From an uncultured cyanobacterium (GTDB lineage Bacteria; Cyanobacteriota; Cyanobacteriia; Cyanobacteriales; Nostocaceae), in assembly GCA_963740315.1 (NCBI GenBank), contig CAVUDP010000002.1:1-64000 (forward strand): a stretch of DNA of 64,000 nucleotides. The letters are read 5' to 3'. The notes below the pieces were generated by a model, which did not search any database, was not told the origin of the DNA, and saw nothing but the letters and a program-made list of their open reading frames with translations. Shown here in pieces: positions 1 to 8,963 of the stretch. Position numbers and translations under genes: made by a program. The stretch's first letter is position 1. The number at the start of each line of letters is the position of its first letter.

Positions 1-1
1 A

Positions 2-511
2 AATAGAGGCTGGTGTAGCGACCAAGGTAGGGGAGGTAATAATTTAGATAATGCTGATGCAGTATGTTTAAAGAGAACTATAAGCCGTATTCCTAGATTA
101 GCTAACAAACTCAAAAATTTTGGCATAAATCCCGAAAAAAATATTGAAGCATTTATTAATAATTTAGACCAATGGAATCAAGCATCTCCTCGTGTCTCAG
201 ATGCTTTTGCAAAAAAATATGCTGATGCTTTGAAGAAAGGATTAACGGGTAAAGAAGCTATTTTATGGGCGAGGGTTGAGGCTTTTCGTAAAAGTAATGG
301 AGAACTTGAAGCAGGTAATTCACGAGTAGGGTTATTCTCAATTTGTGCCAATCCTCAAAATACTTATTACACCACAAAATTACAACAATATTCAATATGG
401 TCGGAACGATGGAGATGGAATTGTATTGCTTTAGACCAAAGACGAAGATTAGAAGCTATTAATCAAGTTCTAATAATAAATGAGCATGACTTCAATAATA
501 AAAATAACTAA
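2..511 (+). CDS. Hypothetical protein, 5'-truncated by window edge
   Basis: The frame of ORF 230..511 stays open back to position 2 (NRGWCSDQGRGG...); no recognisable motif. Confidence 0.6.
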   Translation, partial: NRGWCSDQGRGGNNLDNADAVCLKRTISRIPRLANKLKNFGINPEKNIEAFINNLDQWNQASPRVSDAFAKKYADALKKGLTGKEAILWARVEAFRKSNGELEAGNSRVGLFSICANPQNTYYTTKLQQYSIWSERWRWNCIALDQRRRLEAINQVLIINEHDFNNKNN

Positions 512-582
512 TAATATTAATATGACTATAAAATTAATTTATAATATATATATAAGAATAAAAAATATTTTTTAAAATTAAA

Positions 583-1893
583 ATGTTATCAAAAAACAAG
601 AAGTTGGTAGTAAGTTTATTCTGTGGAGTTGGCGGTTTGGACTTGGGTTTTCAGTCTGCTGGGTTTGAAATCGCAGTTGCCATAGATAATAATCCCAAAG
701 TATTAAAACTATATCAAATTAATTTTCCCGATACGTTAGTTTTATGTCGAGATATTGGCGATATTTCAGCCGCAGAAATTAGAGAAATTATTCGAGGTCA
801 ATATCTAGATTGGGATGGAGAAATTGCCCTTATTATTGGCGGTCTTCCCTGTCAAGGATTTTCGATTGCTGGTAAGCAAAACCTTGATGATGCTCGCAGT
901 CAGTTAGTAATCAAATTTATCAATTTGGTGGTAGAACTAAATCCATTAATGTTCGTGATGGAAAATGTTCCTGCCATCGAGTCGAAGAAGTTTGAGAGCA
1001 TTACAGGTAATGCGTTAGCGAAGCTTACCGAAGGTATCGCCCAGATCGAAGAACACTACATTCTATCAAGATGGTTACTCATAGCATCGGATTACGGTGT
1101 ACCCCAAAAACGCCAAAGGGCTATTTGGGTTGGTTCTAAATTGGCTCCGGTTAATGCACCATCTCCAAGCGATAGAAGGTTCAGTGTAGGGGATGCGATT
1201 TCTGACCTTACACATATCCCCATTAATTCTTACACTGATACCTGGGAATGCAGTGAAAAAGGAGAATATGCTTGCTATCTAGAGAATATATTTTCCTTGC
1301 AATCAAGAATAATAACAAACGTTGTTAGTGGTTGTAGGGCAACAGTACATAAGACAAGTACGCAACAAAAGTATGCCCAGACTACACCTGGAGAGAAAGA
1401 ACCAACAAATAAGGGCTTGCCGACTCTCCAAAAACGGTTTCTCTCCTAACGTGCTGGAAGTGGAAACAGAACGGCAGCGCGTCCAATTCACTACGAACAA
1501 GCGAGAGTTATAACAGTTCGCGAAGCTGCGAGGTTACATAGTTTTCCAGACTGGTTTGATTTAGGAACAAGTAAGCTTGCTGCTCATAAGGCTATCGGAA
1601 ATAGCGTTCCACCATTGCTGGCTTATGCAATCGCGCAAACGCTGAATATTGAGTTAGAGCAACAGTCACCGCATAGAAAATCTGCACTTAAGATACTTTC
1701 GGTAAGTTCGTTTTTCAGATTAATTCATGCCCCAAATTTTGCATATATAAATACTTTTAGTTTTGTGACATATTCCTACCAGCTTGATACCACTATCAAA
1801 AAAGGTTCGGGTAAGAAATATTTGCTACGAGAAATTATTGCTGTCGATGAAAGAGGACCACCTCACCAAACGGAGCGCTTTTATTTTCTATAG
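583..1893 (+). pseudogene. dcm: DNA (cytosine-5) methyltransferase, disrupted
   Basis: Motif I FCGVGG, motif IV GGLPCQGFS, motif VI ENV, motif VIII QKRQR. After TAA 1447-1449 the same frame resumes with RAGSG...TVREAARLHSFPD...IGNSVPP (motifs IX/X). The segment RLSKNGFSP lies in another frame (~1408-1447). Confidence 0.9.
1015..1035. repeat. 21-nt small dispersed repeat (SDR-type) inserted into a HIP1 site
   Basis: GCG|TTAGCGAAGCTTACCGAAGGT|ATCGC; removal restores GCGATCGC and is in-frame within dcm. Confidence 0.8.
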
Positions 1894-2075
1894 TTTTTTA
1901 GGCTTATTGGTTTTAAAATAATTTTACAACCAGTAAAATTGTGTTATCTGAGTCATCAGGAGTGAAGAGTATTTTTATGCTAACATTTCCTTCGCTTCAA
2001 TCCAGATGCGTTCGCGTAGCGACTCTCCCGGAGTATCCCCCAAAGCATATCCCCAATAGTGACAACCCAAATAAA

Positions 2076-2192
2076 CTAATTAATATCTTTTGGTTCGACA
2101 AATTCATACACTTGCTCCCGCTTCCCCCTACTTGCCAATCGTCCTACATAGGACAAACTCAACCCCAATTTACCCAGGAAAGTTTGAGCGAT
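2076..2192 (-). pseudogene. Fragment resembling the C-terminus of a cyanobacterial plasmid Rep/primase (CyRepA1-like)
   Basis: Minus strand reads IAQTFLGKLGLSLSYVGRLASRG/(frameshift)KREQVYEFVEPKD; recognised from memory of the family. Confidence 0.5.
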
Positions 2193-2249
2193 GCTTCAAA
2201 GGAAGCGGTCTAAGCGCAGAGCGCAGGCTACGCCAACGCACGAGCATCC

Positions 2250-2520
2250 CCAAATCCTCAATGTCTTCAAAATGAGTTTGGTAATATGTTCGGGATAATC
2301 AGGCTGTGTATGTCCTTTAAGAATACTAGGCATAGCCATCAGTCCCGTTCCCAAAATAAAATCAATCCCCGCTTTTTGGCAGATGATTCAAATACCAAAG
2401 TAAGTAATCATAACTAGGTGCTAGGGGGAAATATATCACTGCCGATTTCCCCGCTTCTCCCATCGTAAACGTGGTGAGGGCTGTGGTAATATTTCCTGGA
2501 GTTACGCCAATGCTAATAGC
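2250..2520 (-). pseudogene. Possible TetR-family regulator C-terminal remnant
   Basis: Minus strand AGIDFILGTGLMAMPSILKGHTQPDYPEHITKLILKTL; no intact ORF. Confidence 0.3.
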
Positions 2521-2834
2521 AATAACAAGAAACCAGTCAAACAGCTTTACTTAGAGTGGGAATATGGGGGGTAAAAGAGGAAAACTTATGTGCGATTAGC
2601 TGAGTCCCAAGGGGACACGCTGCGCGAACGCTAATCGCCTGCATACGTAACGCGCTTAACCTAGTATTTTCGAGACACCAAAGTTATGTGTATTAGACAT
2701 CTCCGAAAACAGCCAAAGTCTTACTATAACTACTTTTTAAATTGCGATTACCTATATGTTGCATCTTGTATTAGATCAGTTTAAAAGTTGTTAGTATTTG
2801 CAATTTCCTTAAAATACCACATCGTACATAAAAC

Positions 2835-3254
2835 TTGGAATTAGCCGACGGTACCCCCACTCAAGTTTCCCTGAGTGCGGTAATTTTTGCACCTCGTACT
2901 CATGTCATAGAAGTTTACGGCGATCGAGGGACTTTAATATTAGCTAGCGAGAATCAAAAAGACTACGTACATGGATTCCGCGTTTGGGGTGCCTATAGTG
3001 GTAAACCAGTTGCAGAAATCGAAATTCCCAATCGATTAACCTTTCCTAAAAACTATGCAGATGGACGTATTTCCGGATTTTTGCGAGTTGTGGATCAATG
3101 GGTAGAAGCGATTAATAGCGGAGAATCAACAACACCATCTTTACGGGAAGGAGTTTATTCTCAATTGTTGATGGATAAATCTCACGAATCTAATGAAACA
3201 TCAAGTTGGGTAAATGTACCAAGTTTAGATGAAACAGTTAGCAGTAATCAGTAA
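2835..3254 (+). pseudogene. 3' part of a Gfo/Idh/MocA-family oxidoreductase (N-terminal Rossmann half absent here)
   Basis: LELADGTP...EVYGDRGTL...PSLREGVYSQLLMD is the C-terminal domain; in-frame TAA at 2829-2831 immediately upstream; no NAD-binding half nearby. Confidence 0.8.
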
Positions 3255-3398
3255 CCAAAAAAATAGGTTTTTTTTGGTAAGGGATGCAGACCATAACAAT
3301 CATATAGCCGATGCTCTGCATCCCTGACAAATTCTCATTTATTCTTACAAGATCAGCTTCATTCCGACATTTGTTGATAACTGTTTACTGCTCACTGC

Positions 3399-3971
3399 TC
3401 ACTGTTTACTGCTTGCTGTTTTCTGACGACGATAAAGTTCGATTGTATTTTCCCCAATTCTTACGTCGTAGTTACCAAAAAAATCATGTCCTAAAAGTCC
3501 GGTTTGGGCTTTGGGGGCTATTGCGACTCGAACGTTATTTACCTTTGCACCACCAGCACCAATTGATTTTACTTGCCCCGTTTTTAATTTTATTATCGAA
3601 CCATCGGCGATGCTGGCGCTCAGAGTTCCCGAAGGCTTGAGTTGTAAAGCATTTGCCATCGATTGAGTAATCAAAGTACCGCTGGCACCAGTATCAAATA
3701 TCATCTCAAAAGTTTTTTGACCGTTGAACGTAACATCTATGATGGGAGTATTCCCGCTGCGACGTTTGATAGGAATTCGATAAACCCCCGTATCCACAGG
3801 TTCGACAGGTGTAATACCGCAAAGGCTTCCTAAATCAAGGGTTCTACCATCTTCTGTAGTCATGAAACATGCTCCAGGGTCAGTAGCCTGGGTGGTATTA
3901 CTTGAAAGTAAAATTAATAATGTGGATATAACTGTAACTTTGGTAGTCCACCGACTGAAAACACCTTTCAT
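3399..3971 (-). CDS. Secreted retropepsin-like (clan AA) aspartic protease
   Basis: Signal-peptide-like N-terminus, catalytic FDTGAS and GLLGHDFF motifs. Confidence 0.85.
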   Translation of the reverse strand: MKGVFSRWTTKVTVISTLLILLSSNTTQATDPGACFMTTEDGRTLDLGSLCGITPVEPVDTGVYRIPIKRRSGNTPIIDVTFNGQKTFEMIFDTGASGTLITQSMANALQLKPSGTLSASIADGSIIKLKTGQVKSIGAGGAKVNNVRVAIAPKAQTGLLGHDFFGNYDVRIGENTIELYRRQKTASSKQ

Positions 3972-4332
3972 ATACTATTTTCCTAATTTTGCCGAACCTG
4001 CTTATCATTAGGGTACCCAGGTGGAGAGAAAAATTTAGCCCGTTGTATAAAGGTATGGTGAACAGTTAACAGTTAACAGTGAACAGTTAACAGTGTTAGC
4101 GAAGCGTGTCCCGAAAGGGACATACAGTTAGCAGTAATTGTGATAACCGTGCTAAAGCAAAATTTATGTGAGATGAAAACTGGTAATAGATAAAAATCTG
4201 ACCTTGCTAACTGGTAACTGGTCGCTTGTCACTGTAAAAATGTGTTTAGTCTTTCTTCACTTGCTTAATATTAGTGAAGGGTGGTGTTAAATCATCTATG
4301 AAGCAAAGAACGCTAAGATATATCTTAAAATT

Positions 4333-5181
4333 ATGAGTAATCAGCAAAGTAAATCTATACGTGGTTGGTCTTTAGAAGAAAGAGATCCAAAGTTTATTGA
4401 ATTATTTATGCCGATTTGGGAGTGGTTTTACCGCTACTATTTCCGGGTTCAAACGGATGGTTGGGAAAATATTCCACCACAAGGGCAAGTTATGGTAGTT
4501 GGTTCCCACAATGGGGGAATGGCAACTCCCGATATGATTATGATGATGTACGATTGGTTTCGTAGATATGGAACCGAACGTTTGACATATGGTTTGATGC
4601 ATCCTTATGCTTGGGAAGTTAGTCCCGCTCTCGGTAATATAGCCCAAAAAACAGGTGCGATCGCAGCTCATCCGAAACCAGCGAATGCGGCTTTAAAAAA
4701 AGGTGCCAGCGTTTTGGTATATCCCGGAGGACAATATGATATGTTTCGCACTTACAACCAGCGTTACAACATTAATTTTGCCGGGAATAAAGCATTTATC
4801 AAGTTAGCTTTAAGACACGAAGTTCCCATAGTTCCCGCCATTTCAGTAGGGGCACACGAAACTTTAATTGTTTTAGGCGATTTTTACGAAATCATGAAAC
4901 AATTGAACGATCGCGGCTTACCGTGGCTATATCAATTAGATCCTGGAGTATTTCCCATATACTTGGGTTTACCTTGGGGTTTAGCGATCGGACCTTTACC
5001 AAATATACCGCTTCCCGTACAAATTCATACTCGTATTTGCAAGCCAATTGTTTTTGAAAAATATGGTAAAGAAGCATCGAAAAATCGCGATTATGTAGAT
5101 GCTTGTTACGCAAAAGTTGTTACGCAAATGCAGCAAGAATTAGATAATTTGGCAAGGGAAGTAAATAAAAGTAGGGAGTAG
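4333..5181 (+). CDS. Phospholipid/glycerol acyltransferase (PlsC/DAGAT-like)
   Basis: HNGGMATPD (HxxxxD-like), VYPGG, F(I)KLAL...VPIVP motifs. Confidence 0.85.
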   Translation: MSNQQSKSIRGWSLEERDPKFIELFMPIWEWFYRYYFRVQTDGWENIPPQGQVMVVGSHNGGMATPDMIMMMYDWFRRYGTERLTYGLMHPYAWEVSPALGNIAQKTGAIAAHPKPANAALKKGASVLVYPGGQYDMFRTYNQRYNINFAGNKAFIKLALRHEVPIVPAISVGAHETLIVLGDFYEIMKQLNDRGLPWLYQLDPGVFPIYLGLPWGLAIGPLPNIPLPVQIHTRICKPIVFEKYGKEASKNRDYVDACYAKVVTQMQQELDNLAREVNKSRE

Positions 5182-5359
5182 GGAGTAGGGAGTAGGGAAT
5201 AGGATATGGAAGTTATTTTAAACGACATTACCAAGCTCAAAGTTGATGCGATAGTTAATGCTGCTAACACCAGTTTGCTCGGTGGTGGTGGTGTTGATGG
5301 AGCAATTCACAGAGCAGCAGGAAAAGAACTTGTTATGCAATGTCGTTCGCTGGGAGGAT

Positions 5360-6814
5360 GTGAACTACCTACACTGACAGCCGTACAGGTTCAATGTAGG
5401 CTTCCCAATTCATTGGGGATTGCCTCAACCTTCATAGATTTTTTACGTCCAGAAGATTTTGGTCTTACATTCCCTCCAAGGGCAGAAGCGCTAGTTCCTA
5501 ACGCCCAAAGTCGCAATCCTTCATTTCTTATATTTACGGCAGCGTTAATATCTCTATCATGCTGACGCAGGCAGTGCGGACAATCTACAAATCTTACGGA
5601 CAATGAGTCGTATCCTTTTTGTAGCGCCGGGATTGGAAGTAGAGTTTCACTACAAAGCTGAGAAGATGGAAATATTCGACCTATTTCTTGATAGATGTGA
5701 CCAAACCTTTCTGCTTTGTATTTGAGCATGGTTTGAAACATTCCCCAACAAGAGTCACTTATAGCTTTAGCCAGATTAGGATTCTTAACCATGTTCTTAA
5801 CTGCCAAATCTTCTACACAAATGACTTGGTTTTCGTATGCTATTTTGCGAGATAGCTTGTGCAGAAAATCTTCTCTTACTCTAGCTATTTTGCTAGAGAC
5901 TTTTGCCACTAAACGTTTTGCTTTGCGGCGGTTTTTAGATGCTTTATCCGTCTTTAAAGCTAATTTCTTCTGTTTACGTTTTCTATTTTTTTCTAAGAGA
6001 GCTAATTGTTTTTTAGGAAGGTCATACTTTGAGCCTTCAGAAGTTATAGCAAAGTTCTTTAATCCTAAGTCAACGCCTATAGATTCACAGATAGCAACTA
6101 CAGGCTCATTCTCTTGGTTAAAGAGAATGGAAGCATAGTATTTACCATCTGCGTTTTTAGATATAGTTACGGTGGTGAATTTAGCATCAGGAATTGCCTT
6201 GTGAAAGACGGTTTTAATTAAACCCAAAGTACCTGGAAATTTTATTACAGAATCTCCTGGTATTAGTTTTATGTTTTGGGGATACTGAATAGATTGTTTG
6301 CCATGTTTAGATTTAAAGTTAGGAAATTTAGTACGACCTTCAAAGAAATTAACGAACGCGCTTGAAAGGTTGAATGTCACTCGTTGCAAAACTTGACTAT
6401 AAGCAAGACCCAACCATTCGTATTCTTTTTTTAATCCAGGAAGCAATTTATCCATTGCCGCCTTGGAAAGTCCTTTCCCCGTTTCTTTATACGCAACAGT
6501 AGTGGCCGACAGCATATAATTCCACAGCCATCGGGTATTGCCAAAACATTGAGCTAAATAGGTTTCTTGCTCGTCAGTCGGATAAATTCTAACTTTAATT
6601 GCTCTATACATGGCATCGACCTTACCGTGTTTGTCAATTCATGGTAACATATAATTGTGTGATAAGGACCTTGGATTTTGTTCGTTTCGTCGGAGTAGTC
6701 TTTTCTGTTTTCGCTGCGCGAGGGATGTGGTCAGACTACACTCCTCAACTCACGCGCATTCATCACAACACTGAATGGAGTACCATTGAGCGTGTGAGCC
6801 TTCTGCTGTTCAAG
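5360..6814 (-). mobile_element. Non-autonomous IS200/IS605-family element (tnpB only, IS1341-like)
   Basis: 1455-bp insertion with no TSD or terminal IRs; subterminal hairpins at ~5368-5400 and ~6764-6797; minus-strand left junction follows TTAC and right end reads TCAC; 2-nt (GT) boundary ambiguity. Confidence 0.9.
5391..6611 (-). CDS. tnpB: RNA-guided endonuclease TnpB
   Basis: N-terminal [13 protein letters not shown]; RuvC motifs GVDLG, VEDL, DRDINAA; CPHC. Confidence 0.95.
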   Translation of the reverse strand: MYRAIKVRIYPTDEQETYLAQCFGNTRWLWNYMLSATTVAYKETGKGLSKAAMDKLLPGLKKEYEWLGLAYSQVLQRVTFNLSSAFVNFFEGRTKFPNFKSKHGKQSIQYPQNIKLIPGDSVIKFPGTLGLIKTVFHKAIPDAKFTTVTISKNADGKYYASILFNQENEPVVAICESIGVDLGLKNFAITSEGSKYDLPKKQLALLEKNRKRKQKKLALKTDKASKNRRKAKRLVAKVSSKIARVREDFLHKLSRKIAYENQVICVEDLAVKNMVKNPNLAKAISDSCWGMFQTMLKYKAERFGHIYQEIGRIFPSSQLCSETLLPIPALQKGYDSLSVRFVDCPHCLRQHDRDINAAVNIRNEGLRLWALGTSASALGGNVRPKSSGRKKSMKVEAIPNELGSLH

Positions 6815-7569
6815 GTAAAACTGGTGATGCGAAGTTGACTAAAGGATATAATTTACCCGCAAGTTTTATTATTCATACAGTAGGGCCAGTTTGGCAAGGT
6901 GGTAATTGTGGAGAGCCAGAGCTTTTAACTAATTGTTATCGGAGATGTATAGAAATCGCTGTAGATAACAAGTTTGAATCTTTGGCTTTTCCCTGTATTA
7001 GTACTGGTGTTTATGGTTATCCCAAAGAGAAAGCTGCTGAAATTGCTGTGAAAATATGTTCGGAAGAATTGCAAAAGAATAGTTGTATGTTAAAAGTTAT
7101 TTTTTGTTGCTATGGTAAGGATAATTATGAGATTTATCAAAGGGTTTTAGGTGAGATTAATTAATTATCTTTAATCACCTTAATCACCCTGGAAGGAGCC
7201 GACGGGCTACAATTACAAAGCCCACCTGCGTGGGCTGAATTAGATAATTAGTGAGGCAAATTTCATAGATTGTATGTTAAAATAATTACGCAATAATATG
7301 ATTTTACAGCTACAAATATCACGTAAACGATCGAGTTAACTATTAGTCCATTTTAATGGACTTTTGCTATTAGACTGGGACTTGCAGTCCCAGGCGGGTC
7401 AAAAGTAAGGCAGATAACTAGTAATTATTTTGACAGTTTCTACAAAAGAATTTAAGAAGCAATTTAATCTTAGTAATTAATATATTTACATTGGTTTATA
7501 GCAACTAAATTTCAGTAAAAAAAATCCAGCATTTTTACCGGATTTTCTCAATGCAAAAGAGCCGTAAAA

Positions 7570-8949
7570 TTAAGCTTCAATTATCACTCTCCCCACAGGT
7601 TGAGCAATACAGGTTAAAACATACCCGGATGGGCATTCTGAGTCTTCATCATAACGGACTTCACCTTCTAAAAGGCGTAATTTACACTTCTGACAAGCCC
7701 CCATCTTACACATATGAGGTAATTCAATTCCTTCTTTTTCAGCAGTTTCTAAAATAGTATCCGCGCTATCGTAAGTTAACTCTACGCCAGATTTAGCCAA
7801 AACTAAGGTTTGAGAAACAGTATTTTGCTGTTGAATTTGATTCTCTTTTTTCTTTTTTGGTTTACCAAAGCTTTCTGCGTAATAATTTTCCATAGGGAAT
7901 TTTAATTCCTGGAGTATTTCTTTCACCTGTTGAGTAAAAGCCTCGGAGCCGCAAACATATATAGTACGCTCGGTAAAATCAGGAGCTATTTCACTCAACA
8001 TTGTTTTATCAAATCTACCGACTCTACCCCCAGGGCTTGAGTTGGAATCTTCACGGGTAAGAGTAGTTGCAAGTTGAAAATTAGCATACCTTGATGTCAT
8101 CAACTCCAATTCTTGCCGAAACACAATATCGTCAGCAGTACGAGCGCTATGGAAAAAGACTATATCGGAGCCAGCGTTTGTATCCAACAACCAGCGCGAC
8201 ATCGACATCATTGGTGTAATTCCGCTACCCGCAGAGATAAATAATATTTTTGATGATGGATGCTCAATACAGCTAAAGTCACCTAACGGACTACCAATTT
8301 TGACTTGACTGCCAGCTTGTAAATTGTCGTGCAACCAATTAGAAACTAAACCCGGAGGTGCGTCGGGTGCGTTATTTGGGGGAGTGGCTCGTTTAACAGT
8401 TATATCTAAACTATGAGGGCGAGAAGGAGTTGAGGAAATAGAATAAGCGCGTTTAATAGTTTTGCCATTAATCTCTAATTCCAGCATTACGAATTGTCCC
8501 GGTTGGTAAGTAAATTCAACAGATGGTTCGGCAACAAAAGTAAAGGTTTTTACATCAGGTGTTTCATCAATTACTCGCACGCAACGAGCAATTAATTCAG
8601 GCGATCGCCATGCTTTTACTGGAGATTGTGGCTGAATATCTTCAATAAGTAATAGAAAATCGCCAATGTGAATAATATCATTTGGTTTGAGGATATAGCT
8701 TTGAGTAACAGTAAATTCAATTTCTTGATTATTAATCCGCGAACCATCGCTGCTGGCTAAGTCAATAAAGTAATAGTCTTGTTCGTAAAAATAAATCATC
8801 CCGTGGACGCGACTAACTTCCGGAGCATTGAGAACTAAATCGCAATTAGGATGCCTACCAATCATACATTTATTAAGAGTTTCTATCTCTGGTGTAAGAA
8901 TTTTCTCTTGGCAGGAGCTTGTTAGATAATTGATTGCTTTGATTTTCAT
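7570..8949 (-). CDS. FHA domain + FAD/NAD(P)-binding ferredoxin reductase + C-terminal 2Fe-2S domain
   Basis: FHA IGRHP...VSRVHG...DLASSDGS; FNR-type RAYSISS, GLVSNWL, GSGITP, YVCG; 2Fe-2S CKMGACQKC...C. Confidence 0.9.
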   Translation of the reverse strand: MKIKAINYLTSSCQEKILTPEIETLNKCMIGRHPNCDLVLNAPEVSRVHGMIYFYEQDYYFIDLASSDGSRINNQEIEFTVTQSYILKPNDIIHIGDFLLLIEDIQPQSPVKAWRSPELIARCVRVIDETPDVKTFTFVAEPSVEFTYQPGQFVMLELEINGKTIKRAYSISSTPSRPHSLDITVKRATPPNNAPDAPPGLVSNWLHDNLQAGSQVKIGSPLGDFSCIEHPSSKILFISAGSGITPMMSMSRWLLDTNAGSDIVFFHSARTADDIVFRQELELMTSRYANFQLATTLTREDSNSSPGGRVGRFDKTMLSEIAPDFTERTIYVCGSEAFTQQVKEILQELKFPMENYYAESFGKPKKKKENQIQQQNTVSQTLVLAKSGVELTYDSADTILETAEKEGIELPHMCKMGACQKCKLRLLEGEVRYDEDSECPSGYVLTCIAQPVGRVIIEA

Positions 8950-8963
8950 GATTAAATAGGTAT

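Larger units (their letters stand above)
5206..7164 (+). pseudogene. ymdB: Macrodomain O-acetyl-ADP-ribose deacetylase (YmdB-like), split by an IS
   Basis: 5206-5361 gives [29 protein letters not shown]...LGGC; 6817-7164 gives KTGDAKLTKGYNLPA...HTVGP...AFPCISTGVYGYP. Joined they form an uninterrupted 167-aa ORF. Confidence 0.92.

Noticed and set aside
1941..2275. Plus-strand ORFs 1941..2213 and 2090..2275 as genes
   Set aside because: No recognisable features; the region is better explained by minus-strand gene scraps and SDR insertions.
5360..6814. IStron (self-splicing intron-IS) restoring the macrodomain mRNA
   Set aside because: Element is antisense to the host gene and has only ~200 bp outside tnpB, too little for a group I intron; its length being a multiple of three is irrelevant because the sense frame stops at 5565.
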